NCBI RefSeq assembly: GCF_009914755.1
Contig: NC_060928.1
Length of the DNA stretch: 64,000 bases
Source: the human T2T-CHM13v2.0 reference genome, Homo sapiens
Strand: one strand, 5' to 3'
A program made the translations under genes and the position numbers. Shown in pieces: positions 14,561 to 29,887 of the stretch. Within the stretch, counting starts at the first letter, position 1. Each line of letters begins with the position of its first letter. The notes under the pieces were generated by a model. It was not told the origin of the DNA and did not search any database. It was given only the letters and a program-made list of their open reading frames with translations.

Positions 14561-15267
14561 CTAAATTGAGTGTGTTTTTCTAAAATTTCTAACCCTTCAG
14601 GTATTCAAAACAGAATAAACATTATAGTAGCCATTATTATTATTTTTAATAATTATTGCTACACATACAAATAAAAATAGTAATTTAAAATACTAAATAC
14701 ATGAAGTATAGATTCAGTATTCCTTTTTTATTTAACCTCTGTTAGTTCTTGGGAAATTAAAAAATGAAGTTGAAAAGTCATTGCTTACAATACAAGATAC
14801 CTAAAATGCAGGCCACATTCTACCTTTGAAATTACCAAGGCTGACAACCATGTCCTACTTCTGATCTCCATACATTCTCAAACAATAAATGTCTCAAAAG
14901 TCCCTGGCCTGTCTTTGGCCACAAAATTCTTTTTTGTCTGTAAGTCCATATCTTCTCAAAATACTACTTAATCTCTACTTAAAGTACATTTTTGATGACA
15001 TCTTTCTACTTCTTTCTACTTTCCCCAGTTTAATCAGCATTTATTTTCCTATTTACACAGAAAACATTGTATTGATACCTCTATAACAATATACAACATC
15101 AGGCATTATGTGCTTTCTACTTAGATTCTGCATCCAGATCATGAGTTTATTGAGAATCATTATTAGTTACTAATTATCTTTATATCCCAATGACTAGCAA
15201 TAGACTTCCAACAGATTGCATTTATAATATACATTTATACATCATTCTCTTAACTTTTAAGAAATGA

Positions 15268-15645
<378 letters not shown>

Positions 15646-16144
15646 TCATAAGTTAGATCCAATCAATATGAATAATAGCTATATTTTCTATTGTGAAAGA
15701 AACATAATTTTTACGATAAATTGAGTTTTTGCAATGCTTAATTTGAAAAGAAACAATAAAAATAACTTACATTTCAAAGAGAAAAATGAATAACTTAGAG
15801 AATAATATAAGTTTAAACTATGTAAAATTGCTATGTCCTTTGGACAGAGCCGAAATGTAGAGAAGGCAAGAGTCTATTCTCTCTCATTTCTGCATTTGAA
15901 TTTTATGGTACCTTCACAAAAGCACTCATCAAATCTTGTGGAAATTATCTTGATTTTCTTTCAGTTTTGCTTTTGATTAAACAGCAGTATAAAATTCATT
16001 GCATTGGTTTATTTTTCAACTCATAACTATTTAAAAAATTTGTGTAGACATCTCTAATGTGGTGTATAAATACATTAAAAATACAGTACCTAAGTTATGA
16101 AATAGACAACATAACGTGACTATGCTGAACCCTTTCTATAGATT

Positions 16145-16330
16145 CATCTAGATCCATTTTCCACTGTTCTCCCAACCTATCCTGTACCCCATGAGGCTGA
16201 CATTTCTAGGATGTAACAAAGGCTGTCCTTACTTTCTGACTGCTGATTGGTCAATGAGAGGCATGAGGAGATCAGAGAGATGATAGAATGAACTTATGAT
16301 ATTTCTTCTTTCAGCTCCATCACTGCTGTA
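16145..16330. mobile_element. LTR33-like (ERVL) fragment
   Basis: ccccatgaggctgac...tggtcaatgagaggca...ggagatcagag resembles the LTR33 core as recalled. Confidence 0.5.
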
Positions 16331-17214
16331 TTTTTCTATACAGATTGATCTGTAGAGCAATTTTTCTCATAATTGTGTTGCACTACAATTTTACTCTTTT
16401 ATATTAGCTAGTTCAAGATGTTCAGAGTAATTGCTTTCTCATATATGAGAGAAAGTAACAACATGTATAATTATATATAATATACATATATTGTTTCTAT
16501 ATAAGTTATATATAGAAAAAATCTATAAGCACATACTTTTCTTCACTTATTTAGTACAACTTTATAGTGAAGTTATGTATCTTTAATTCAAGGTTAGCAT
16601 ATAAAAATGTGTTGTATTGGAATGCAATTGTGTATTTTTATACATTGCAGAAAAGATATTTACAAGTAAATAAGCACTTGTGCTTTCATAATATATCAAA
16701 GATATAAAATGTTCATTCTGGACACACCCCATTTAACAACTAAGCATTAGCTAGTTCTTATATCTTTGTATAAATGCATTATAGAAAAAATGAGTATAGC
16801 CAAATTTTTCTTTCAAGCTCATGATGAAATAAATTTGTAATTATTGTATTATATTTGAAGCAATATGGTTAAACTTATTTTTCTTCATTTTCTTAGAACT
16901 GTGTCATTTAAAATCCTGACTCTGTTTATTAGTCCAAATGCCATTCTCTGTAAGAATTCAAAGGAAAATATATTATCAAATTTAGTTATTTAAAAGCATC
17001 CTACTTATGATTATTGATACTTGTGATTATAACTTTTTAATTCTTTATTTTTTTCTATTTTTTTTTTGTCTTAGATTCTGTAAAATTAAACTTTTAGCAC
17101 ACATTTTATCATATGGTTCCCAAGATAATAATACTTCTTATTGATTTGCTATTTTGTATCTTGTCTTATTTGCCTACATCTTCCTGGTGCCCATGGCCCT
17201 CAATTAGCAAGCCT

Positions 17215-17656
17215 AGCACTATTCGTAATAGCAAAGATATGAAATCAACCTAACTGTCCACCAACAGAGGATTGGATAAAGAAAATGGAATAATACACAG
17301 CCATGAAAAAATAAATCATGTCCTTTGTAGCAATATGAACACAGTTGGAAGCCATTATCCTAAGCAAATTAACATAAGAACAGAAAACCAGATACCACAT
17401 TTTCTCACTCTTAGGTGGGAGCTAAGCATTTGATACACATAGACATAAAGGTAGACACTGGGGACTACAGAAGGGAGGAGAGAGAGAGGGCAGTAAGGGC
17501 TAAAAAGCTAATTGGGTACTACGCTCACTACCTCTACCTGGGTGATGGAATCACTCATAACACAAACCTCAACGTCACACAATATACCCATGGAACATAC
17601 CTGCACACATATCTCTTGAATCTAAAATGAAATTTTAAATTATAAAATAATAAAAA
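17215..17656 (+). mobile_element. L1PA15/16 or L1PB 3' end
   Basis: gcactattc..aatagcaaaga, ttctcactcttaggtgggagctaag, attgggtactacgctcactacc, gaatctaaaa plus A-rich end. Confidence 0.9.
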
Positions 17657-19287
17657 TTAGTTGGCTGCACTCAGATTTTACTTCTCCCACTTCCTGTTAT
17701 TCTATGTCTTCTCTTTCTTATGAGAATATTACATTGATCATTACTTTCATTTCCTTCCCTGCTGTTCCCCACTTCCAGAATTAAATGTTATTTCTCTGCC
17801 AAATTTCAAATCTTACCTCCCACCCTTCTTTCCTCTGAATTATTCCGGTGGCTTCAATTAACAGTTAGGCAATCAATATTTCACAGACTTTCAAGGAAAG
17901 TTTGAGACAACTTCCAGTAATAATAATAAACCACATTTGTGTAGGATAAGTAAAATAATACTAAAAGAATTGTTATATACAATTAAGAATAAAGGACAGG
18001 GCTTTTATTAGGACTTACAATGGAGGTGATTGATTACATTATAACAAATAAGTACTACATTTACATGTAATTATAAGTGATATTTAATGTCTGCTAATTT
18101 ACCGTTTAAGGTGACTTAGTCTTCTCGGTGCATTCTAAGCTCATTGAAGGCAGGGAATTGATTGCACTTTTTGTGTGAATATGATACAGAGTCTATACTA
18201 TATTTTCAATCATTGCAAATTCACTAACTGACTAATTAAATCTGTTCCACAGCTTGTGGCTTCAGATTTATTGCTAAGATTTTATAGCTCAATTTATCTT
18301 TGTGACTCTTATTTTTTGTCTTCAACTAAAATATATCATCTCATGTTTTCTGCATGCCATGCCTAAGATGATCTTCAAATTGCTGGATCTGCTCTGTTTA
18401 ACACTTTAGGTTGTGTGACTCAGTAAAGTTTATTATTGTAGCCAAGAACATATACCATATTTGCATGGTCATTAATTTCAGACACATACATGTAGAAGGA
18501 CCATAAACCAATGAATGTGAACACAGAGTAAGATAGAAGATTTAAAAGGAATTTTTTTCATATATTTCATTGTGCAAGGGTCTATTTTGAACAACTGATT
18601 TTTATTTTACTTTTCTATTTCTTAAATATCAGAGTATATTTGCCAGAACAGGCACATCTATCTTTGTTTATTTTTGGGTAGTAAATAGAAAAGAGTGATA
18701 CATGTAAATGTGTCATAAAATGCACATTCTAATTATTAAAATTAAAGTTAAATGGTGATTTTTACTTTACTTATGGTTTCTAAAACCTTTTTGTCTGTCA
18801 CAAAATGGTCTTCATGGGCACAGATACTATAAAACCCATAAACTCGAGCAGATTAATAAGCCTCTGTCAATTTTGCATCCTAGAGTTTTTAAATGTTTTC
18901 TGTTAACACATTTTTTAGTAGTAATAGGAGTATTAAAAAAAAGCTATTGTAAAATACAGAAAGGTTTAGAAAAGTTGTTACTTATAATGAAATCTAACAA
19001 TAGTTAACATATTAAAATAAAAAGGTTAAATGACATTTGGTTAGAATGAAGATAGTAAAAATAAACATTTTGTGTAAAAACTACTAATCAGAAAGATTAG
19101 TTCCAAAGAGTTTGTACTAGATTTAAAAGATTTTTTAAAAAGGTTCAGAGAAATTAGTATTTTAAAATTATATGATAGATGTTAATAACAATATGTATAT
19201 ATTTCCAGGCAGAGAAATTTGTTATTATATCATACAAATAAGATAAAACTATCATCCTTTAATCAGAACAAAATAATTCTAGATATA

Positions 19288-19555
19288 GGATCGTTGCAGT
19301 GGCTGACATCTGTAATCCCAGCATTTTGGGAGACCGATGTGGGAGGATCACTTGAGGCCAGGAGTTCAAGACCGCCCAGGCAACATAGCAAGGCCCCATC
19401 TCTACAAAAAGAAAAAAAAAAAGAAAAGTCAGGCAGTACGGTGCGTGCCTGTAAGTCCCAGCTGCTCCAGAGGCTGACCCAAGGGAATCACTTGAGTACA
19501 GGAGGTTGAGCTTTGCGGTAACCTGTGATCACACTGTACACCAGCCTGGGCAACA
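19288..19555 (+). mobile_element. AluJ lacking its 3' terminus and poly(A)
   Basis: ggaggatcacttgaggccaggagttc, gcaacatagcaagg; ends abruptly at ccagcctgggcaaca. Confidence 0.93.
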
Positions 19556-19735
19556 TTATTATTTTCTAGAATGCAAATAATTTTTCTAGACTAATAATTC
19601 TAGAAAATTAAGATATAGAAGGAAGATCAAAGAGAATATATATATTTATATGTATTAATTATTGATCCCTTAGCATCATTTTCTACAAAAATAACATATC
19701 ATGCTCTGGAAAAATATAGATGATAAAGCAAATAC

Positions 19736-20032
19736 TTTTTTTTTTTTTTGAGATGGAGTCTCACTCTGTTATCGAGGCTGGAGTGCAGTGGCGTGGTCTC
19801 GGCTCACTACAACCTCCGCCTCCCAGGTTCAAGCAATTCTCCCTGCCTCAGCCTCCCAAGTAGCTGGGATTACAGGCACCTACCACCACGCCTGGCTAAG
19901 TTTTGTATTTTTTAGTAAAGACAGGGTTTCACCACGTCGGCCAGGCTGGTCTTGAACGCTTGACATCAGGTATTCACCCGCCTCAGCCTTCGAAAGTGCT
20001 GGGATTACACGCATGAGCCACCATGCCTGGCC
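19736..20032 (-). mobile_element. AluSx-like, full-length
   Basis: Poly(T), then gagatggagtctcactctg ... gagccaccatgcctggcc. Confidence 0.96.
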
Positions 20033-20984
20033 ACCATTGGAAATTAACGCATAGCTTTTTAGCAACTATAAACCCCAAAATATTGGTCATGATTTCGAAA
20101 AATCAATTATGCCTCTCCTCTCACCAGAATTAACTTACCTAATCTGCAGATGTATATTTGTGAGGTGGTTATATTTTCAGAAAGCTATTACATAATTATT
20201 AGATTCTTAATTATGAATTTATGTATGCTAATTTGAAGATAAAATTTTCGCAAAGGCTTCTTATTTTCAGTTTCTTTTTATTACCCACCTGGTCAGCTTC
20301 ACTTTTGTTGTTGATGATAATTATGATGTTGTTGATTCCTATGTCTTACTTTCATGCCTTTGTTTATACAAATTGCAAAAGAAATTACCTGCTTAATTGT
20401 ATGCAGAAAGGAAGGTGAGTTATAAATATTATACATGTTTGTGCCTACAAAATGTATTTATTGTTCTAAAACTTGCATAATAGAATGATTAAATAGAGAT
20501 CTAGGAGCAATTTAATTTTCACTGAAAACATTGTAAGAAAGACACTGTTACGGTGAACTAGTGGTCAAATGCCAATTTGATTTTTCATTATATGCTTAAT
20601 TATAATATCACTGTCTTTCCGTTTCCTCTATCTTCTAACCTCCATATCTAGAATTTAAGATTTATGTCAATCTCTTGCTCAAATCATTCTTTATCCAAAA
20701 TTAACTATTTTAATCTCTTTTTTCCCTATGACTTTGTGTTTTTTTCAAATATATTTTAAAAATAGATGTCATATTTTCTGGATATTTATACTCAGCTTTC
20801 ATTTGAGTCCAAGTTCACTAACCCAGTTTTTATCACTTTCTAGTGAATGAACTTTCAAGAATTCCCAGATGTGGGAGACTGCTGGTCATATATGCTATCT
20901 GCTTACTCATTCTTTGTAGTAATTGTGCTTTATCAGGGTGCCTCCCGGTCCAGCTATAGTGTTGATAATTTTTAATTGAGATAT

Positions 20985-21811
<827 letters not shown>

Positions 21812-22084
21812 ATATGTTTTATGTTACATAGGATATTTATGTGAGTGTGAGTTGAGTGTGAGTGTCTGTGTGTGTGTTCTTTAAACTTACATACATCTTA
21901 CATCCATTACTGGATTGAGCTTTATTGCTGCCCCTAAAGTGTCTGTGAGTTTTCATAGAGACTTAACATTTTCCCCAGTGTTTATTATTAGGGATCTTGT
22001 GCCCTCCTACCTAGAAATGTTAGGGTGTGTGCCTTTTTATATGCATCAAACTTAATAACAATGTGGTACTATGAGTTTCATACT

Positions 22085-22420
22085 TTCATTCCTTCATCTT
22101 TTACTTTAACAAATTTTTATTGAGTATCTAATAAATTCTACACTTAGTAATTATTACTGTTGACATTATGACTTAACAAGATAGATAACGTTCTTCCTTT
22201 CATGCTTTGTATTAGGTTGGTTAAGAAAGTATATAAGCAAATAACCAAATTAGCAAAATTAGTTAACTGTGGTTTATGATATGTGCTGTACCTAAAAATA
22301 GTAAGGTGCTAAAATAATGAGAGAGGATTTGGTAGAGATTCTCTGAAGAAGTTAAACTCATCTTTTTATTTTAAGATGGAGCCAGCCATGAGAAAAGCCT
22401 GAGAAGGATGTTACATATAG
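22085..22420 (-). mobile_element. L2 3' relic
   Basis: ttcattccttc..aacaaatttttattgagtatcta start; ggagccagccatgagaaa..ctgagaagg motif. Confidence 0.5.
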
Positions 22421-22858
22421 AACAAACTAAAACTCAAATATACTATTATTAACATTTTTTAAAATGTCCCACATGCCATGCCTTTTCATAAAAATCAGAC
22501 TTTAGTAGAATTTTGGTAAAGGTGGAGAAGCATTATAGAAAACCAGAGTAAATAAAATAGAATTGACATTGTGCTTTTAAGATTATTTTTTCCCCACCAT
22601 AATGTTTGGTAATTGTTTTCTCTCTTCTTTCTGCTTTTGCTTTCTTCTCTTTCTTTTGTCCTTGTAATTTCTGACTTCAATGTTTTAAATAGAGAGCACT
22701 TTAACCATTTCATTTGTTAAACTTGATTTCTTCTAATTTATGGATATTAGGGCCTAGGTTCTACCTCAAATTGATGATCAAGATAATGCCTTAAAGATGG
22801 AGTCTTATAAAAAAGATTTTTATTGCAGGTTGATGATTTATATATTATAATATTTATA

Positions 22859-24990
22859 CTGGCATACATCATTTAATTGCACTTCACCTTATAGTGCTTC
22901 ACAGATATTGCATTTTTTTTTTTTTTTTTACTATGTGTAGGTTTGTGGCAACTGTGCATCAAGCAAGTCTATTAGCACCATTTTTCTAACAGCATGTACT
23001 CACTTCATGTCCCTGTGTCATATTTTGGTAATAATTTCAATATTTAAACATCTCAAAATTACTATGATATCTGTTATAGTGAACTGTGATCCGTAATTTT
23101 TGATGTTACCGTTGTAATTGTTTTGAGCTATGAGCTGTGCCCATATAGAATGGTGAACTGAATTGATAAATGTTGTGTGTATTCTGACTGTTCCACTGAC
23201 CAGCTATTCCTCCATCTCTCTCTCTCTGTCCTCAGGCTCCCTATTTCCTAAGACACAATAATATTGAAATTAGGCCAATTAATAACCCTACTGAGGCCTC
23301 TAAGTGTTCAAGTGAAAGAAAGAGTGGCATGTTTCTCACTTTAAATCTAGCTAGAAATGATTAAACATAGTGAGGAAGGCATGACCAAAGCAGAGACAAG
23401 CCAAAAGCCAGGCGTCTTGAATCAAACAATTGATCAAGTTGTGAATGCAAATGGAAAGCTATTGAAATAAATTGAAAGTGTCACTCCAGTGAATGCATGA
23501 ATGATAAGAGAGTGAAACAGCCTTATTGCTAATGTGGAGAGAGTTTAATGGTCTGAACGGAAGTCAAAAGAAGCCTTCTGCATAAATAAAAGTGCAAAGT
23601 GAAGCAGCAAGTGCTGATGGAGAAATTGCAGCAAGTTATCCAGAAGATCTACCTAAGATCATTGATGAAAGCTGTTACACTAAATCAAAGATTTTCAATG
23701 TAAAAGAAAGAAACTTTTATTGGAAGTAGAGGCCATCTAAGACTTTCATAGGTAGAAATAAGTCTACGCATGACTTTATATTTTCAAAACACAGTCTGAC
23801 TCTCTTGTTAGGTGCTAATATATCTGGCGATGTTAATTTGAAGCCAATGCTCATTTACCATTCCAAAATTCTAGGGCTCTGAAAAATTATACTGAATATA
23901 CTCTACCTGTGCTCTATTAATGAAATAATAAAACCTGAATGATGGCACATCTGTTTACAGTATAATGTATTGAATAATTTAAGCCCATTTTTGAGACCTA
24001 CTGCTCAGAATAAAAAGAAAAAAGACTCCTTTCAAATTATTCCTGCTCATTGACAATTCATCTAGTCACCCAAGAGCTCTAATGCAGATGTACAAGGACC
24101 TGAATGTTGCTCTCATGCCTGTTAACACAACATCCATTCTGCAGCACATTCTTCAAGAAGTCAGTTTAACTTTCAAGTGTTATTGTGTAAGAAATACATT
24201 TTGCAAAGCTTATGTCATAAATAGTGATTCTTCTTCTGCATCTAGGAAAAACAAATTGATAAATTTATGAAAAGGATCCATCATTCTAGATGTCATTATA
24301 ACGTCTGTGATTCATGTGAGAAGGTCAAAATATCAACATTAACAGGAGTTTGGAAGAAGTGGATTCCAATCCTCATGAGACTTTGAGAAGAAGTGGAGCC
24401 TGGAGATGTGACAGAATTATTGTAATCTCATGATAAAATTTGAACAGATGAGTTGTTGCTTCTTATGGATGATAAAAGAGAGTGGTTTCTTGAGGTGAAT
24501 CCACCCCTGCTGAAGATGCTATACATATTGTTAATATGACAACAAAGGATTTAAAATATTCCATAAACTTAGTTAATAAAGCAGCAGCAGGGTTTAAGAG
24601 AATTGATGCCAATTTTGAAAGAAATTATACTGCAGGTAAAATGCTGTCAAACAACATCCCATGTTACAAAAAAAAAGTCTTTCATGAAGAGTCAAGTAAT
24701 GCAGCAAACTTCATTGTTGTCCTTTTTAAAGAAATTTCCACAGCCATACCAGCCTTCAGCGACCATCACCCTGATCAGTCAGCAGTCATCAACATTAAGA
24801 CAAGACTCTTTACCAGCAAAAAGATTATGATTTGCTGAAGGCTCAGGAGATCAGTAGTATTTTTTAGCAATAAAAAAATTTTTCAAATTAAGATATGTTA
24901 TGTAAATGTTTAATGCGATTGTGCACTTAGTAGACTACAGTAGAGTGTAAACATAACTTTTAAATGCACTGGGAAACCAAAAACTTCATG
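22859..24990 (+). mobile_element. Tigger1 DNA transposon, near full-length, decayed
   Basis: TA followed by ctggcatac left end; aggtttgtggcaac, gaaatgattaaac..agtgaggaaggcatg; broken transposase-region ORFs 24082-24270 and 24536-24838; ends at gcactgggaaaccaaaaa. Confidence 0.93.
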
Positions 24991-24999
24991 TAAGAAAAC

Positions 25000-25115
25000 T
25001 TAGTTTTCTTATCTGGAAAATGTGAAGTATACCAATACCTACCTTATATGGTTATTATGAGGTTTAAATGAATTTCTGTATGTTTAAAATGTGTAGAATA
25101 ATAATGACACATATG
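25000..25115 (+). mobile_element. MIR 3' fragment
   Basis: ttagttttcttatctggaaaatg..aatacctacctta..ggttattatgagg. Confidence 0.6.
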
Positions 25116-25540
25116 TATTATATATTGATATATTTGTTATTGGTAAAAATGCTTCTCACCTCTATCACAGTTTTATTGCTCATTTCAGTTTTGGATGGTA
25201 ATTTCCACCGCTCTAGTTTTTTAAGAATCAGATCCCATATATTTACTATAGTACAGAACTCCTAAAATTTACTTATCTTCTGGTTGGAGTTTTTAAATTA
25301 TTTGTTCTTCATTTTCTGTAGTTTCAGTTGTATTAGAGATAAGTATACCTTACATGATTATGTTTTGTTAAGTTGAAATTGGTGTAGATTTTTATGGTAC
25401 AATAATAATAAGTATAATTTTGGAACTAATAATAAAAGCAAACATTTAGTAAGCCATGAAATACAATGCCAATTTACTAAATATCTTATTATTATTATAT
25501 TATTTAACAGTCATAAAAATTGTATAGAAAAAAATAAACC

Positions 25541-25885
<345 letters not shown>

Positions 25886-25919
25886 CTATTTTGTGTATAG
25901 CTGTAACGGTCATGTACTG

Positions 25920-26294
25920 TTTCAGTTACAAATTACCACAAATTTAGCAACTTGAACACACATCTGTTATTTCAGTTTTTATGGGTCAGAAATTCTAACC
26001 TTTCTGCTCCAGGGGCTTCCATGGGGCTGCAATGAAAATGTTGATCAAAGCTGGGGTATCATCCAAAGGTGTGACTAAGGAACAATACACTTCTAAGCTC
26101 ACTAACATAGTGGTTCGAAGGATTCAGTTTCTTTCAGGATGTTGTACTGAGGAGTTCAGTTTCTAGCTAGCTGCTGGGAAAAGGCCAACCTCAGTTGTTT
26201 GGAACATGGCTATCCCCAAAATGACAACTTTATTCAATAAAGCCAGTAGCAGAGAGAGTCTGATAGTAAGACAGAAATCAGTATTATTATAATA
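25920..26294 (-). mobile_element. MLT1E/F-like LTR fragment
   Basis: aaattaccacaaatttagcaactt, cacttctaagctcact, aggattcagtttctt motifs. Confidence 0.7.
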
Positions 26295-26866
26295 CTCCTA
26301 CTATGTAATCGAGTAATTGTGCTCTGTATTATTTACCCAAAGGAGTTGAAAATTTATGTCTATACAAGAACGTACACACAAATGTTTATAGCGACTTTCT
26401 TCAAAATTGCCAAAACTTGGAAGCACTCAGGATGTCCTTCAGTCAGTGAATAGACAAAGTAATATTACTCAGTGCTACAGAGAAGTTACCAAACCATGAA
26501 AAACATAGAGAAACCTTAAATGCTTATTAATAAATGAAGAAGTCAATCTGAAAAGACAACATACTGTATGATTTCAAATATATGACATTCTAGAAAAGGT
26601 GAAAATAGGAACATAGTGAATGAATGGTTTACCAGAGTTTGAGGGTAGGCAGAAAGACCCATAAACAGATGGACCACAGAGAATTTTTAGGGCAGCGAAA
26701 ACACATGCTTATGATACTATAATGGTGGATACATATCATTATATATTTTTTAAACCTGTAGAATGTACAACACCCAGAGTTAACTCTAATATAAACTATG
26801 GACTTTGAGTGATTATGATGTGTCAAGGAAGGTTCATCAGAGGTAACAAATGTGTTCTCTGGTGGC
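26295..26866 (+). mobile_element. L1MC1/2-like 3'UTR fragment
   Basis: catactgtatgattt..atatgacattctagaaaagg, gatactataatggtggatac, taaactatggactttgagtga. Confidence 0.85.
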
Positions 26867-28479
26867 ACATTACTCACATTACTTTTGTTTCTTCTTTTTG
26901 TGAGACAAACAGAAATTTTAAGATTAAAGGGTTTAAGCAACCAAATCCCTCAATGTATGGGCAGGCAAAACTGCATACGGAATGATGATATTCAGTTTCC
27001 TTTATGCCTATAAAGAATATTTAATTTGACTGGGAAGAAAACACATTAATAAAAGATCTTAGGACTGAACATTTCCATGGCCTGCTCTGATTTGTCTCAT
27101 TGATGAAATACATTTTTGGCACCAATTTTTACACATAAGTTGGTTTATAAAACATTTTATCTTAAATGCTTTTGAGATCATTCCCTTCAGGGGTTCAGAA
27201 TAAAGTATTTATTTAGAAGTAAGCAATGATTTTAATGTAGTAACTATTTGTGGTTAGTTTGCCTTTTAAATTCTGCCTACACAATTTATTTTAAAACATT
27301 TACTAGTGCCCTTCCTTTAGGCATTAAACTTTGTAAGGTTTTTTTTTCCCTTTTGACCTGCCTTGCAACTCAGAAAAATTATTTTGAAATAATTATCCCA
27401 ACAGAACGTAGTGATCAGTACCTCAGCAGACTGCAGACTTGTAAGTCTTGGGAGCAAAATCAGCAAATTAAAAGGGCGTTTTATGAAGAACAGGTCATTT
27501 AGGATAGTTCAACTCCTGAACCTGCAAGCAAAACCATAACGAAGTGCGATTTTCCTCATGTCCTTGAGTGTACTAGAACAAAGTCTACTCAAGTATTTTA
27601 CACAAAGAGCTCTTTTCATGAGAAATTGGGTCAAACTATTAAATTCACCTCTGTTTGATGTAAAATAAAACTGCTTATTGCAGATCTAACAAAACACTCA
27701 GTGTCCTATTAGGTTGCCTTCAAAGAATGTCCTAGATAACCTTAAGGTAATTTAAAGCACAAGCTAACTTCAATTCTTCTTGTCTATTATAGGTCTCAAG
27801 CACATTAGAATACGTTTAAAAATGCAGTCTTGCAAAAACATAGTCATTTCTTGCTGATTATATGCTTCTTTTCTATTGGTCACCTATGTTTTAACTTCTC
27901 TGTATTTCGCATATGGCCAAAACTGATCAGGATAATTAGAGGAAAAAAAAACTAGGTTAATTAATACTAAATTGATGAGGCTTTGAAAGATATATAGGTA
28001 TGTATAAAGCACTTTTTTTTCTGTAAGATAAACTCAACTCTGTCCTATCTCTTTTTTCCTCCCCTTACTCTTCAGTGTCACTAGTAGCTAACTTCATATA
28101 AAACTCGGTTTTATTTTCTTCCATTTTCTAAAATGATAGGACACAACTTTAACCCCTACTTTATATCTAAATTATTGTAAATAAAATAAAAATGCTTCTC
28201 TAATTATCAGATTATTTATAACACATTTGCACCGTCAAACAATGTTACTTGAGAGCATGTGTTATCAGATATACTGTGCTCTATATTTTTTCGTCTGTAG
28301 GATAAAGATACATTAAAGAACCTGAAAGCTTTTATGCTATTCTATAGTAAGACAGCAACCAGAAGCTCTTACATATTTTGGAGAATTGCCTGAAAATTAT
28401 TATATTTCTATTAAAATATATGACATCATAATGGTGAGAAAGTTTGGCAGCATGACAAAAGATCTTTAAATGTATTGGC

Positions 28480-29310
28480 TTAAAGAATACCACATTTTTT
28501 TCATTCTGAATCTGCATAGTTTTTCACCTCTTGGTCAAGCTTAGCTACTTTCAGTTGGACTCACTTACGAGTCGCTTTGAAGGGTGCCAGAATATGCCAC
28601 CCCAAAATATGTTACTTTGACCTAAGGACTATTTCTAAGGCACTTAAAAAATAGCAGACATAAGAAAGATATTTTATTCTTCTCTTTTTCTTCCTGAAAC
28701 AGAAGATTAAAAACTCCTATGTGAAAGATGCCCTCCCTGTATCGCAAGGATAAATACAATTATTCAAAAGGGAGTCGTAGCTGAGACAATTCTGTATACA
28801 CAGACCGGGTTAAAATAATTCTTATCTTCTGTTAGCCTCCACACGTAATTTAGTTACTTTTTCTCCATAGCCTGTCTTTCTTTGTAAGTTTTGTCCTTTC
28901 TTTCAGTCTTCACTTCCTTATGTTGGCTCCTGTGTCACATAAACTTAAATTTGTATGTTTTTCTCAGCTTAGTCTGTCTAATTAATTTAATTCTCATACC
29001 CAGCCAGGGACCCTAAGAGGGTAGAGGTAAACTTTTGCCTCCCCTACACTCGCAGTTAGCAGATTGGCTAGGGCTGGGGCTGCACTGGATGGCCTCATTT
29101 ATATGTTTTATATTTGCTGGTTTTGGCTGAGACAATGGAGGCCACATCATTCCTCACCCCAGGGATTCACCTAGCCTTGACTTGTTCACATGGCAGATCA
29201 ATTCAAACAGCACTGAGAGTGCAGGCCCCGAGATTCACAAACTTTTAGCTTAGCCTGTGTGAAAGAGGCTAATTTCCTATTTGCCAAAGCAAATGACAAG
29301 GCCTTCTTGT
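28480..29310 (-). mobile_element. Old MLT1 (H/J-like) LTR interrupted by an ERV1 LTR
   Basis: gcttagct..ggactcact on the left; gcagttagc..ggatggcctcatt..cttgttcacatggcag..gccaaagcaaatgacaaggcc on the right. Confidence 0.55.
28578..29048 (+). mobile_element. ERV1 solo LTR, MER34-like
   Basis: tgaagggtgccagaatatgccaccccaaaatatg start; aaatttgtatg; ends ttttgcctcccctaca. Confidence 0.8.
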
Positions 29311-29887
29311 AAGGCCTTGTAAGGAGTAATGAACTCTCTATATTTTGATAAAATGAGCTAAAAAGACTCATAATAAAAATTTGATGTATGAAACATAAGA
29401 ACTTGTGGCTACAACACACTATATTCATTTTTTCTATTTTAAAATAAAAATCAATTGTTATGAGTTAAAAAGGAGTTAAAATTGTAAATTGTAATTGAAA
29501 TTGTGATTCAGATTTCATAATCAAAAATTATAATTCAAATTATTTTACTTATTTATTTTGTATCTACATTTATAAAAATTCATTCTATTGTTTAATAAAT
29601 TACAGAGGATTTAAGTTTGATGTGATGTTTATTTTACAAGCTGAGCCTATTCATGGTACTTAGATTTTTCTTTTTGAATCTCAATTTAAGGGGACCATAT
29701 GGTTGATTAAAGGTAAATGAAAGTAAGATAAATATTTAAGTTGGATTTTATTTTGTTAATATAGATTGTTATTCTATATGAATTGATTTTGGAGATATAT
29801 CTCTTAAGATAGACATTCTAATTCTTTCCCGTATTCTTCTCTTGTTTTGACCTAAAATTATTTTTCACTAGAATTTAATTTGGGGAT

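Noticed and set aside
27248-27560. Repeat-free segment with an 84-aa ORF, possible exon or conserved element
   Set aside because: Non-ATG start and no known motif; conservation cannot be judged from one sequence.
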